A stretch of 54,501 nucleotides of DNA, the filler included, from Squatina squatina (lineage: Eukaryota), in assembly GCA_031763465.1 (NCBI GenBank). It is 3 parts of 3 records of this genome, joined end to end, with 100 filler letters (N's around TTAATTAATTAA, not from the genome) between each part and the next. Parts side by side here need not be neighbours in the genome. Positions count along the whole stretch, not along the records: positions 1 to 16,378 come from JARFOE010000016.1; positions 16,479 to 29,038 come from JARFOE011028718.1; 1 more part is not named here. One strand, given 5' to 3'. Of the stretch, positions 12,541-22,771 are shown piece by piece. How positions within the stretch are numbered: the first letter of the stretch is position 1; each line of letters starts with the position of its first letter. Under the pieces are notes generated by a model. The model was not told the DNA's origin. It worked only from the letters and a program-made list of their open reading frames with translations, and did no database searches. The translations under genes and the position numbers were made by a program.

Positions 12541-12659
12541 CTGGTGGCAGTATTCACACTGATATGGTTTTTCTCCACTGTGAGTTCGCTTATGCCTCTC
12601 CATATGATATTTCTGTATGAACCTCATGTCACATTCATCACAATGAAAAGGTTTTTCAC
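12541..12659 (-). CDS. ZNF148: Internal coding exon (119 bp) encoding C2H2 zinc finger 3 and the first half of finger 4 of ZNF148/ZBP-89
   Basis: Minus strand: acceptor ggtattttcag|GT GAA AAA CCT TTT CAT..., donor ...TGC CAC CAG|gtaata. Translates (G)[39 protein letters not shown]. As I recall the family, HMERHKRTH and YQCEYC fit ZNF148 better than paralogues ZNF281 or ZNF740. Not in the ORF track. Confidence 0.9.
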
Positions 12660-12834
12660 CTGAAAATACCATTGACAAATGAATACACTGTTAGTTGTCA
12701 AATGTATTAAATTTAGTTTCACATGAACTCTAGACTCAAATAAATACTTTGTTTTTGTTTAACAAAGGCCTCAGTAATGCAAGATGAAAAATCAACATTA
12801 ATTTTGAAAGTAATTTTCTTTTTAAAAAAAAAAG

Positions 12835-13470
12835 TAACACTTTTTTCCCCCTCCAATTTTCTGCATTCCTCCAATATAGTTCACCCCTTTCTGGTAATGA
12901 TTATGGTTCCATGGATGTTGAATTCCCATTGGTACATCACCCAACTGGCCATTTTAAGTCTGAGCCAAGAGAGCATCANNNNNNNNNNAGGTATTAGCCC
13001 AAGCTAGATCCTCTGCTCATTCTGTTCGGTAATAAATACTTGTTGAAATTACTGTTGGATATCATTACATGTGCACATTTATTGCAAATCATCATGCTAC
13101 ACTAACTAAAATTAAGCTTCTGTAAAAACTTTGAAAGGGTTAGATAACCATGCCAGTGCCTGCCAAACAAGGACAATATTTATCAAAAAAGACAGAACAA
13201 GACAAGACAGACAAAATTCAGATAATGTAGGGAATGAACTGTTACTTTGTCGAAGATGTATAAATGGATAATGAACAGCATTAAGCAGGAATTTGGTTGA
13301 TTTTCCTTCTCTAACCCAGATGCCTGAAGGCTAACTGTAGCAGCCTTAGCACTGGCCTGACTGGGATCCACTAACTCAGCACAGACGAAGGAGTGAACTG
13401 GGACCCTCCCTCGTCTGTATAACTCAGTAGTATATAGGGTGATGCATTTATCCACAAATCCATTGGGGCA
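12835..13470 (-). mobile_element. Old tRNA-derived SINE family 2, apparently split (head 13270-13470, 3' part 12835-13020)
   Basis: Head on the minus strand has degenerate A/B boxes (tggatttgtgg ... agttcactcc) then tctgtgctgagttag; similar to the 3630 and 52780 copies. Confidence 0.5.
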
Positions 13471-13711
13471 CTTGGTGGAGAAACATTCTCTTAACATAAA
13501 ATGGAAGTGAATTCCTCAAATTGTTCCTCCAGTTGTAGGCTGGTAAATTATGGAGCAGCGGAAAATAGAAACACAAGATTATCTCACTGACACAGGGCAT
13601 TATTGTTGTCTAAATGTAGATTTTGGAGATTGTTCCTTGTACTTTGGAAGTGGCTAGAGATAAATAATATTTAAATTTTGTAAAATGTGTCATAATTTTG
13701 TGTGTCCGCTT

Positions 13712-14478
13712 GGCATGAGCCAAGGGTAGCACTCATCTCTAAGTCAGAATTCTGTGGGTTCAAGCCTCACTCCAGGACTTGATAGCATGATTTAGGCCAG
13801 TGGTCCCAAAGCCACTGCCCATGGGCCATGTACAGCTCCTTGATCCCTGGCTATCTGGCCCACGAAGCCCAGACAACCAAGTCCTATTTGTGTTTATATT
13901 TCTTACTCTCTGGTTTGTCAGGTTTGATGTGGCCTGGAAGTTCGGGAAGAAATATTCTTACTGCTATTGTGCCATTGGTGGGTAAATCCTAAATCGGAAT
14001 GTCAATGATCTGTTAATATCCGCAACTTAAGATATAGACAATTGAATGGAAACATGGACTTAAACTTGATACATGGCTTTGTGACTGTACAGTGTACATC
14101 TAAGTAATCTGCAGAGAGAAAATTTGGATACTACCAATCTGGGCCATTGCAGTACTGAGGAACTACTGTACTATCTGGGGTGCCATATGAGATATTGAAC
14201 CATGGTCCCATATATCTGTTCCACTGGTTCAGGTGGAGGTTAAGGAATCTCTGCCAATATTTGAAGGGCAATGTCCTGGACAACATTCCCCCCCACCCCC
14301 ACAATCAACACCGCCAAAACCAGATTAACTGGTCATTCATTTCATTGTGGCATTTTGCTGTGTGAAAGATTGCTTTAATGTTTGTTTCCATAATAGTCAA
14401 TATATTTCTAACTAATTCATTGTACGTGGAGCACTTTGAGACATTTTTGAAAGACATGATAAAAACTTGCATTTATTT
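13712..14478 (+). mobile_element. Old Deu-domain SINE interrupted by ~340 bp
   Basis: Head 13712-13800 (gtgggttcaagcctcactccaggacttg). Body resumes at ~14143 (gcagtactgagg...caggtggaggttaagg...cagattaactggtcatt...gcactttgagacat), colinear with the SINE at 11815. Confidence 0.65.
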
Positions 14479-14929
14479 AGTATCCCACCTCATACCCAGC
14501 CTCTCGGATAAAAGTGTAGTCAAAGTACGATGCACTTACCCCCTTGAAATTCCAGCCACTGACTGCAGAAAGCAGGGAGGAGGTGCTACCTTGCTGTAAG
14601 GTAGACCTGGGAAACAAAAAGAAAACAGAATCTTTACAATCAGAACATTTTCCAAAAACAGATTTAAAATCCATAAACAGTCATGGATGGGATGAAAAAT
14701 ACAATAGAGCGCATTTGTATTTCCTCTAGCAGAAAGACTGGGATCAGATAAAACTTTTTCTTCAAATATCTCTTGTAATTTCAAGTGGGAATTATTTTAT
14801 GTGGCACGGAAATGATAGCCCACATTAAGNNNNNNNNNNNNNNNNNNNNNNNNNNNNNNNNNNNNNNNNNNNNNNNNNNNNNNNNNNNNNNNNNNNNNNN
14901 NNNNNNNNNNNNNNNNNNNNNNNNNNNNN

Positions 14930-15022
14930 GTTGTGGGCAAAAATATTTTGAGCTGAAGTGTGCAGGGGCAAGTCTAACTGCGGCAGACACCGCTGGATGC
15001 CTGGTACAGCAAAATCTGGCCC
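14930..15022. mobile_element. End of a Harbinger-like element next to a gap
   Basis: Ends agcaaaatctggccc; a near-identical terminus agcaaaatccagccc ends at 29401. Confidence 0.4.
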
Positions 15023-16378
15023 ATTACAGATTTATTGAAACATCCTCGACACACATACAGGATGGGGGCTTGTCCTCAGCCTGACCATTGCAAATCCAGG
15101 CCTTTTATCTTTCTGTTCACATTCTATAGTACACCAGTGACTGTACTATAAGTGAATTCGTCGGAACTGGGAATCCAAAATTCAAGTAAAAGAATGTTTG
15201 TGCTTAGCTCTTTATTTAAGTCAAACGCAGCAGTCCAGCACACATTGAAAATAAAACCTTGACCAACTCCAGATTTTAAAATGTTGGCTTCAACTGGTTC
15301 ACAAATGAGGACAACTATTTTAAGTGATTTTCTTTCGAAGTATGAATTATTTGTTTTATTTAAGTCTACATGTGTGTGCATGTTGGCAAAACACTTATTT
15401 ACATGTAGAGGTCTGTATTACAAAATCACACCTTATAATCTTCAGTGTAGGTGGCACCCAGCAGAGAAGACATGTGCTTCAAATCATTTCTTTTGACAAT
15501 ATAGAGGAACTTCCACAGGGTCCTCCTAACTCCTGCTTGTTTAGCAAAATAAATGTGCTTTATCACTGGGGATTTAAAAAAAAAAATTAGATTCAGGAAG
15601 TCTGCTCCCCTTTCCCAACACCCAGCCAGCAGATTTTTTTCCATGGNNNNNNNNNNNNNNNNNNNNNNNNNNNNNNNNNNNNNNNNNNNNNNNNNNNNNN
15701 NNNNNNNNNNNNNNNNNNNNNNNNNNNNNNNNNNNNNNNNNNNNNNATTTCTAATTTGCTAGCCATCAAATACAAAAAGTATTTACGCTAAACTACTCAT
15801 ACAAAATCATTTTGCAACTAGTGTATTAAAAAAAACATGCTGAGTGCCCAGGCTCTGGTCTGTAACACATTTGTGGAATTAAGTTAAAACAGAGCAAATC
15901 CTCTGTGTATATGAGTCTTGGTAAAAACACACATTTCCGAGCTAAGTATGTTGGAGTCACACCCTGTGCGTAAGATGCTGCTCACAGAGGAAATAGTCAC
16001 CAGTACTCAGGAATAGTTCATGCAGTTTAATATTAAATTATCTAACAAATACACCCAGTGCAGGAGTGGTGATTCAAGAATGCCATTATCAAAGTAAACT
16101 GAAGTAAAAAAGCATCAATTTTGAGTCAAGGAGTAATCTTAATGTTTCAGCAGATTATCCTGATTTGCAGATAGCCACAATACTTGTTCTAACTGGGCAG
16201 CTGTGACTAGCTAATTTGGCAAAATAAATTGACCATTATGAAACCTTGCATTTAAAAAAAAAGCATAAAAATTGTAAGACAATCTCCTTAGATCCATTCT
16301 GGCGTGTGACAATATTTCAATGCAATAGACAAACACTTACATTTGATTCATTGATTCTAGAGGAGGAGGAGGTAATAT

Positions 16379-16478
16379 NNNNNNNNNNNNNNNNNNNNNN
16401 NNNNNNNNNNNNNNNNNNNNNNTTAATTAATTAANNNNNNNNNNNNNNNNNNNNNNNNNNNNNNNNNNNNNNNNNNNN
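16379..16478. other. Artificial scaffold-joining spacer (44 N + TTAATTAATTAA + 44 N)
   Basis: The 12-mer gives stops in all six frames and is centred in exactly 100 bp; an identical copy occurs at 29039-29138. Confidence 0.97.
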
Positions 16479-17030
16479 CTCCTGAGCTCCTGCACGAACA
16501 CAGCCATTTACACAGTGACCCAGAGACAGTTCAGAGAGGAGCTGCTCAATGCGCTCAAATATCCCTTTAATCTCATTAGTAAATGGGTAAAATGAGGAAC
16601 AATGCTGACTGGAAGCCGTAATTGCCAGCCCAAATACCACATCACAATTACCACCCAGATGTAATAAAGAGTCTCAGATTTTCCCTTCAATTGTTTTATT
16701 TTCAAACGTGACAGAAGAAGCAAATTGAACAGCATGGACCATAAAATGAGCTATTAGCAATACCTGTTCCTTTATACAGATCACTTCTCAAACACATCCT
16801 CAGAGAAATTGACCCATCTGGACTTGTCCCGATGGAAGGACTGTGAAAGTAGACTGGTAAATAATCGAACCACGCCTACAGCATCTGTGGGTCAATTCTC
16901 ACATTTAACTTTTTTTATGAGATCCTAAAAGAACTCCTGTAGTTCTGTGTTCACCTGTCCCAGTATATGTTTCCTTATATTAAATGGGAGGTTGAAGTCC
17001 AACAGTCTGAAGGCGTTAACATGAAGGATT
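16479..17030 (-). pseudogene. Decayed NLR NACHT exon, 3' part (post-Walker B, helical and winged-helix region)
   Basis: With 3 stops and 1 frameshift reads AFRLLDFNLPFNIRKHILG...PTDAVGVVRLFTSLL...RWVNFSEDVFEK/VICIKEQVLLIAHFMV...LLHLGGNCDVVFGLAITASS...IEQLLSELSLGHCVNGCVRAGAQE. The order parallels NLR motifs EILGF, PxTxTxLY, VFxxxDL, QEFxAA, GxFxVFLRF and NLxHCxxExQ. Confidence 0.55.
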
Positions 17031-17034
17031 GAAT

Positions 17035-18820
17035 TATTGAAACATAGAATCGATGAAATTTACATCACAGAAAGAGGCCATTCGACCCATCATGTTTGTC
17101 CCGGCCGACAAAGAGCGATCCAGCAAGATCCCACTTCCAGCACTCTGACTGTAGCCTTGTTGGTCACGGAACATCATGTACTTTTTAAATACTATGATTG
17201 TTTGTACCTCCACCACACTTTCAGGCATGGAGTTCCAGACTCCCCTCAACGTCTGGGTGTAAAACCATCTCCTCAAATCGCCTGTAACGGTGCAATTAAT
17301 TACATTAAAACAATGCCCCCTGGATATTGACCCCTCTGCTAAGGGAAAGATATCATTCCACCCTCCACTATCAAGGGCCCTAATAATGTTATACACCTCA
17401 AATAGTTCCCCAATCAGACTCCTCATTTCCCCAATCTTACCTCATAGTTAAAATTCTCCAATCCAGCAAACACCCTCGTAATCTCATTTCTACCTTCTCC
17501 ATATCTTTCCTCTAATGTGATAACCAGAACTGCACGCAGTACTCCAGCTGCAGTCCGACTCGTGCTCGAAACAGTTGAAGCATAATATGCCTGCTCTTAT
17601 ATTCTATGCCTTGGCTTACAAAGGCAAATATCCTGTATGCATTCTCAATCACATTAGCTACCTTTCCTGCTACATTCAGGGATCTGTGCACATGCATCCG
17701 AAGTCCCTCTTCTCCTTTGCATTTCTCTGTGTCATTCCATTGACTTCAGATTCCGTTGCCATGTTAATCGTCCACAAATCCATTTCCTCGCATGACTCTG
17801 GATGTAATTCCATTTTCCACTGTTTTACCCACCTGACCAGTGAACTGGTATTCCAGTGCACACTGCACATTTTTTCTTCATTGTCAATCACATTTTTGTA
17901 TCATCTGCATATGTCTTTAAAATAAATTTTAGTCCAAATCATTTATATTCAGCACAAAATGCAAGGTATCCGGTACTGAGCCTTGCGGAATCCCACTAAA
18001 ATGTGTCTTCCATTCACAGAAACACCCGTGGACGATCAGCATTTGCTACCTGCGTCTGACACGATATTGGATCCAACTTCGCACTCTCCCGACGATCCAG
18101 TAGGCTTTTGCTTTCATGACCTGTCTTCCATTTGGGATCCTTTCGAAAGCCTTGCCAAAATCCAAATACAATACATCAAATGCACTAGCCCATGGGACTT
18201 ACTTGTTGACTCCTCAAAAAATTAATTCAAGTTCGTCAGACACAATATCCTAAACAAATTCGTGCTGACTGTCTCTGAGTAATCCATGTCTCTCGAAAGG
18301 AGGTTTTTTCCTGCAGTCCAGAAATTGTTCCAGCAATTTTCCAACAACCGAGATTAGGCAGACAATCCTCTAAGCACTGGCTCTATGCCCTTCTCCCTTT
18401 GTAAATGATGCAAAACGTTAGCAGCCCTCCAGTCCGTCGGCACAACATCGCCAACCAGACTGGGTTAGAAAATTAATATTAGAGCCTCTGTCATTTCCTC
18501 TATTGCTCCTCATAACAGCATAGGATCTGTGACTGGGGTTTTATCCACCTTCAAAAATGCTAAACCCCTTAAAGCTTCCTCTCTAACTCAGCTTATTTAT
18601 CTAGTAATTCTCATTCATCCTGCATGAATGAAATGCCTGCATCCTCCCTCTCTGTTGTGAAAACCTACTCAAAGTATTCATTTTAAACCATCGTTATTTC
18701 CTCCTCCTCTTCCATGTACTCTTTCCATTTATGGTCCCCAAGAGGTTCCACTCTTTATCTACTTGTCCTCTAGCACAGTGCATTTATAAAACATCTTTGG
18801 ATTTCGCTTGATTTTACTTG
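17035..18820 (-). mobile_element. Long, heavily decayed CR1 LINE (RT region to 3' end)
   Basis: Fragments WVKQWKMELHPESCE, VHRSLNVAGKV...GIEYKSRHIMLQLFRARVGLQLEYCVQFW and EVYNIIRALD...SRGH...VWNSMPESVVE; 3' stem-loop and ttctatgt tail at ~17040. Confidence 0.88.
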
Positions 18821-18834
18821 CTGGATTTGGAGAT

Positions 18835-20040
18835 GGAGTCCGGAAGGCAGATGTTTGGAGGAGTGTGAGTGTGAAAGTATGGAGACCGGTAGGTTGATGA
18901 TTGCAGAGTCGGTGGTGTGTGGAGGTTTGGAAACTGGTAGCGAGATGAACGCCAGATTGTGAGAGTGGAGGCATGGAGAATGTTGGAAGATGATTGGATG
19001 AAATGAATGTGGAGGTCTGGAGGTCGCAATGGAGATAATTGAAGTATTGTGAGGGCCAATTTATGGAAATCAGTAGCAAGATGGCCGGAGGAATGTGATT
19101 GAGGAGGGAGTAGAGCCGTAGGAATATAACGTGAGGAGTGGGAGAGTTGACGTTTGGAGACTGATATGCTGAAGATTGGATGAGTGTGAACTGCGAGGCA
19201 TGGAGCCAAGTTGTAAGATGATTGGAGGTGTGTGAGCTTGGAGGTATGGAGACCGTTAGGGGAATGATTGTAGGAGTGGGAGTTTGGAGGTAGCAGATTA
19301 GAAGGGAGATTATTGGTGGAGTATGACCATGGGGATATGGAGACCGGTTGGGAGCTGATGAGGGAGTGGGAGATTGGGGATAAGGAGATCGATAGGAAGA
19401 TTATTAGAACAGTGTGAAGGCCGAGTTATGGAGACCCTTAGGTAGTTGACCGGAGGAGTGGGAAGCTGGGGATAAAGAGACCATTATGAAGATTATTTGA
19501 AGAGTGTGAATGTCGATATATGGAGACCGTTAGGTAGATCAGCGGAAGGGTAGGAGGCTGTGGATATCGAGAGCATAAGGGAGATTATTGGAGAAGTTTC
19601 ACGACGGAGGCTTGGAGAGCGGTAAGGAGATAATTGGAAGAGCATGAGAGTGGAGTTATGGAGAGGCTGAAGTAAACAATTGGTGTAGTATCTGTGTGGA
19701 GCTTTGGAGCTCTATAGGGACATGACAGGAGGAGTATGATTGTGGAATTATAGAGAATGTCAGTGAGATGATTGGAGGAAAGTGTGGGTGGAGTTATAGA
19801 GACAGGTAAGGAGATGATATGAGGAATATGAGCTTGGAGATGTCAAGACCGGCGGGGGAGATGATTGGTGTATTGTGAGAGTGGAGTTATAGAGACTGGT
19901 AGGGAGATGAATGGAGCAGCGCAAAGGGTGGAGGTTTGGAGAGCGGTAGAGTGATGATTGGTGGAAACCGAAGATGGGAGTATAGGGAGTGGAAGGAAGA
20001 TGTTTGAAGTTGTGTTGAAGTGTGAGTGTTGCAGGTTGGA
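18835..20040. repeat. Diverged purine-rich minisatellite, 46-bp unit, about 26 copies
   Basis: Approximate consensus tggagaccggtagggagatgattggaggagtgtgagagtggaggta; anchors at 19201, 19247, 19338, 19383, 19429 and 19521 give a 45-46 bp period. Confidence 0.85.
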
Positions 20041-20370
20041 TTCTAGAAAGGGCACTCTGGTGTTGAGTAATCCTTTGCTGATGATATACAGAAATCCATT
20101 CTCTTCAAGGACCTGCTTTTCAAACATCTTTCTTCCTCGACAGATGTCAAGCAATTGGTGTTGGTGCTTTAAAAATGCACAGTTTTCGCATAGTCCCAGA
20201 GGAAAAAAAAATATTAGTGATGGTTGCCATTGTTTGATTTGTGAGCACACACGTTCCATTCAAGCGAACCACTGCACGTTTTCAAGTCCAAGAGCTTTTT
20301 CACCTCACGATGCAACCGGGGCATTTTTGTTGATAAATATTTGCTGATCTGCATTCACCAACTTTCTTCA
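20040..20370 (-). pseudogene. Decayed NLR NACHT exon, 5' part (P-loop to Walker B region)
   Basis: After acceptor catctccaatcag: RKLVNADQQIFINKNAPVAS*GEKALGLENVQWFA*MERVCSQIKQWQPSLIFFFPL...LLDICRG...KQVLEENGFLYIISKGLLNTRVPF. Spacing parallels GxAGxGKTTxVQ, FxFxFxxREL and LLFIFDGLDE, but catalytic residues are absent. Confidence 0.5.
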
Positions 20371-20485
20371 CTGATTGGAGATGTTCAATGGCAAATGAAA
20401 CAATTCAGTTTGAAATATGCATGATTGTTGTCAGATTATTTTGTTAACATTTCATAGTTATCACATACTTGCTGTTTCTCCTTAC

Positions 20486-20740
20486 AAAATCAAAAAAACA
20501 CTGGGAAATGTTTCCATATTCGAATCTGTTTGACTGAACATTCTATCGGAGCTCAGGAGCAGTGATGTGCTGGGCAAATTCCATCGAAGCGCTACATTTA
20601 GGAAAGTGCTGTCTTTGCAATTTAAGGGCAAGGGCTTTGCGATTTCCTTGTACAAAAACAGGAGTGAAATATTTCCCAATGGAACTGACAAAATTGCTGA
20701 ATATCTTTGAGTGTGTGGCTGTGGGGTTTCACTTCTAACA
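20486..20740 (-). pseudogene. Putative N-terminal death-fold (CARD-like) exon of the decayed NLR
   Basis: 255-bp segment bounded by ttttatttcag| and |gtaagg, with a 115-bp intron to the NACHT-like exon. With one frameshift reads TLKDIQQFCQFHWEIFHSCF/VQGNRKALALKLQRQHF. Size and position suit a death-fold exon; the domain assignment is weak. Confidence 0.4.
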
Positions 20741-20832
20741 CTGAAATAAAATCCAAAAATCATTTTTAGGTGTTCACTGTTATTTCTTGCCACCGGGAAA
20801 TGAAAAGTTAATCTGTTTGCAATTACTCTAAA

Positions 20833-20993
20833 TTTGACCTGGTAATTTGTTTCAGTGATATTGCCTGAGGGATACATTAGGCCAAGATTATTGGTCGAAC
20901 TTTCTGTAATTCCTGAAATAGTGTTATGGGATATTGTACATAGATCAGAGAGGGAAAATGGGCCTTGGATCAAAGTCTCTTACCAAATCCTGC
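20833..20993 (-). mobile_element. Decayed Deu-domain SINE body
   Basis: Reverse complement is colinear with ~11960-12112 (tgagggatacattaggccaag, gaaatagtgttatgggatattgtacat, gagagggaaaatgggccttgg). Confidence 0.65.
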
Positions 20994-21352
20994 GAAAGTG
21001 CAGCTCTCCATCAGAACAGACCACTCCATAATGCAGAGCTTCCTCAGTATTGATCACTCAGAACCGGCAATGCTCCTTCAGTCCTGCCTTTCTGAGAGTG
21101 CGGCACTCCCAAAGTGCCCTCCCCTCCGATACTGCAGCGCTTTCTCAGTATTGACACTCTGACAATGCTGCTCTCCCTCAGTGCTGCCCCTCTAACAGTG
21201 GGGTGCCGCGGCAGTATTCCCCCTCCAACAGTGCAGCGGTCCATTAGTACTGCCCCTCCAACAGTGCAGCGGTCCTTCAGTACTGCCCCTCCAACAGTGC
21301 AGGGTACACTCAGTGATGCCCGGCCGAAGGTGCAGCGCTCCCTCAGTACTGC
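20994..21352 (-). repeat. 33-bp minisatellite, about 11 copies, derived from the Deu-SINE
   Basis: Unit cagtactgcccctccaacagtgcagcgctccct (anchors 21246 and 21279) is the reverse complement of SINE segment 11916-11951. Confidence 0.85.
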
Positions 21353-21359
21353 AAAAATA

Positions 21360-22138
21360 TTCACCGCATCTCCCCTCTATTCCTTTTTCCAACTAGCCTA
21401 CACCTGCATCCTTTGATGATTGACTCTTCTGTCGTTGGAAAAAGCTTCTGCTTCTTTTCTCCTTCAAGACTTCACATAATGATGAAATTACCCATTAACG
21501 TTTCCTTTACCCTTCCCTGCTCCAAGAATTAAAAGTGCAGTTTCCGTATCCTCTAATTAACTGCTATCCCTAAAGCCTGGGATTAACCAGCTACATATCT
21601 CTGTATTCTCTCAAAATTCTTAAGAACCTTGCTGCAGTATAGTGGCTGGATTTGGAACTATGCTACAGCTGAGGTCAAAGGAATGTTTTCGCTAATTTCT
21701 GTCCAACTTCCTTTGTTAAATATCCTCTGCTACTATTTATCAAACAAAGATCCTGTTTACCTTTTAGCAACTGTTTCATCTTGTGACACCAATTTCAAGG
21801 AAGTGTGTTTCAGAGGCTTGAGATCTCCTTCCTCCAGAACCCACTCCATTATTTTACATTTTGGTTATTGTGTTTCACATTAATAAGGCCCTTGGGAATT
21901 GTCGGCTTTTATGTCATGAATTTCGCCACCATTTCTTTGTACCGAATTGATTTCCTTCACTTCCCCCCTCTCATGAGAAACTTGGTTCCCTCACATACCT
22001 GGGAGGTTCTCTTTTGTAAAGCCAGAGCCAAAATTATGAGATTAATTGCTCTGGCATTTCCTTGTTCCCCATTATAAATCCCCCCGTTTCTCACAGTAAG
22101 GGACCTACATTTGTCTTCAAAAATCTTTTCATATATGT
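21360..22138 (-). mobile_element. Two decayed CR1 ORF2 fragments
   Basis: 21883-22138 gives KRFLKTNVGPL...GGFIMGNKEMPEQLI (endonuclease-RT linker); 21360-21880 is a very degraded RT C-terminal part. Confidence 0.65.
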
Positions 22139-22770
22139 CATAGAGGACAGATACAATATGTGCAGGGCACAGCGGGATGCAAAGAGCATTAGAATCAAGA
22201 GTAGCTCAAAGATAAAAGGAATTGGACAATGGGAGTGCAAAAGCAGTCGAAGATAGGTTAATGCCACATGTATGGAAAATGCATTGAATGTGGTGAACAG
22301 GTTTAGTGAAATGCAGGCTAAAGTAACCACATGCGACTATGACATAGTAGCAGTAACTGGAACCAGCCTTAAGCAGGAATGAGCATTGAATATCTGTGGC
22401 TGGGGAAGACCAGAACCAGGGGCCACAGTTTGAGGATAAGGGGGAAGCCATTTTTGTCCGAGATGAGGAAAGTCTTTTTCACCCAGAGAGTTGTGAACCT
22501 GTGGAACTCTGTACCACAGGAGGCTGTTGAGGCCAGTTCATTAGCTGTATTCAAAAGGGAGTTAGATGTGGCCATGATGGCAAATGGGATCAGGAGGTAT
22601 GGAGAGAAAGCAGTCCGGGGTACTGAGTTGAATGATCAGCCATGATCATATTGAATGGCAGTGCAAGCTCGCGGGGCCGAATGGCCTACTTCTGCACTTA
22701 TTTACTTTGTTTCTATGTACTGAACAAAGGTATCGGAGGACAACAAAGAGAGGGCGGTAGTAATGACGAA
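22139..22770 (+). mobile_element. CR1 ORF2 start (endonuclease N-terminus), interrupted by a younger CR1
   Basis: ENALNVVNRFSEMQAKVTTCDYDIVAVTGTSLKQE parallels the APE endonuclease start NAxSxxNKxxELxxxxxxxxYDIVAITETWL. Confidence 0.7.
22394..22718 (+). mobile_element. Younger 5'-truncated CR1 3' end
   Basis: Open GKTRTRGHSLRIRGKPFLSEMRKVFFTQRVVNLWNSVPQEAVEASSLAVFKRELD, then ggccgaatggcc stem-loop and ttctatgt tail. Confidence 0.9.
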
Positions 22771-22771
22771 A

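Noticed and set aside
16423-16434. TTAATTAATTAA palindromic repeat as a biological site (also 29083-29094)
   Set aside because: Centred in identical 44-N flanks; a synthetic contig linker.
18759-19209. Ser/Thr/Pro/His-rich ORFs
   Set aside because: Translation of the pyrimidine strand of the 46-bp minisatellite.
21044-21416. ORFs with 11-aa repeats (STAPPTVQRS)
   Set aside because: Product of the SINE-derived 33-bp tandem repeat.
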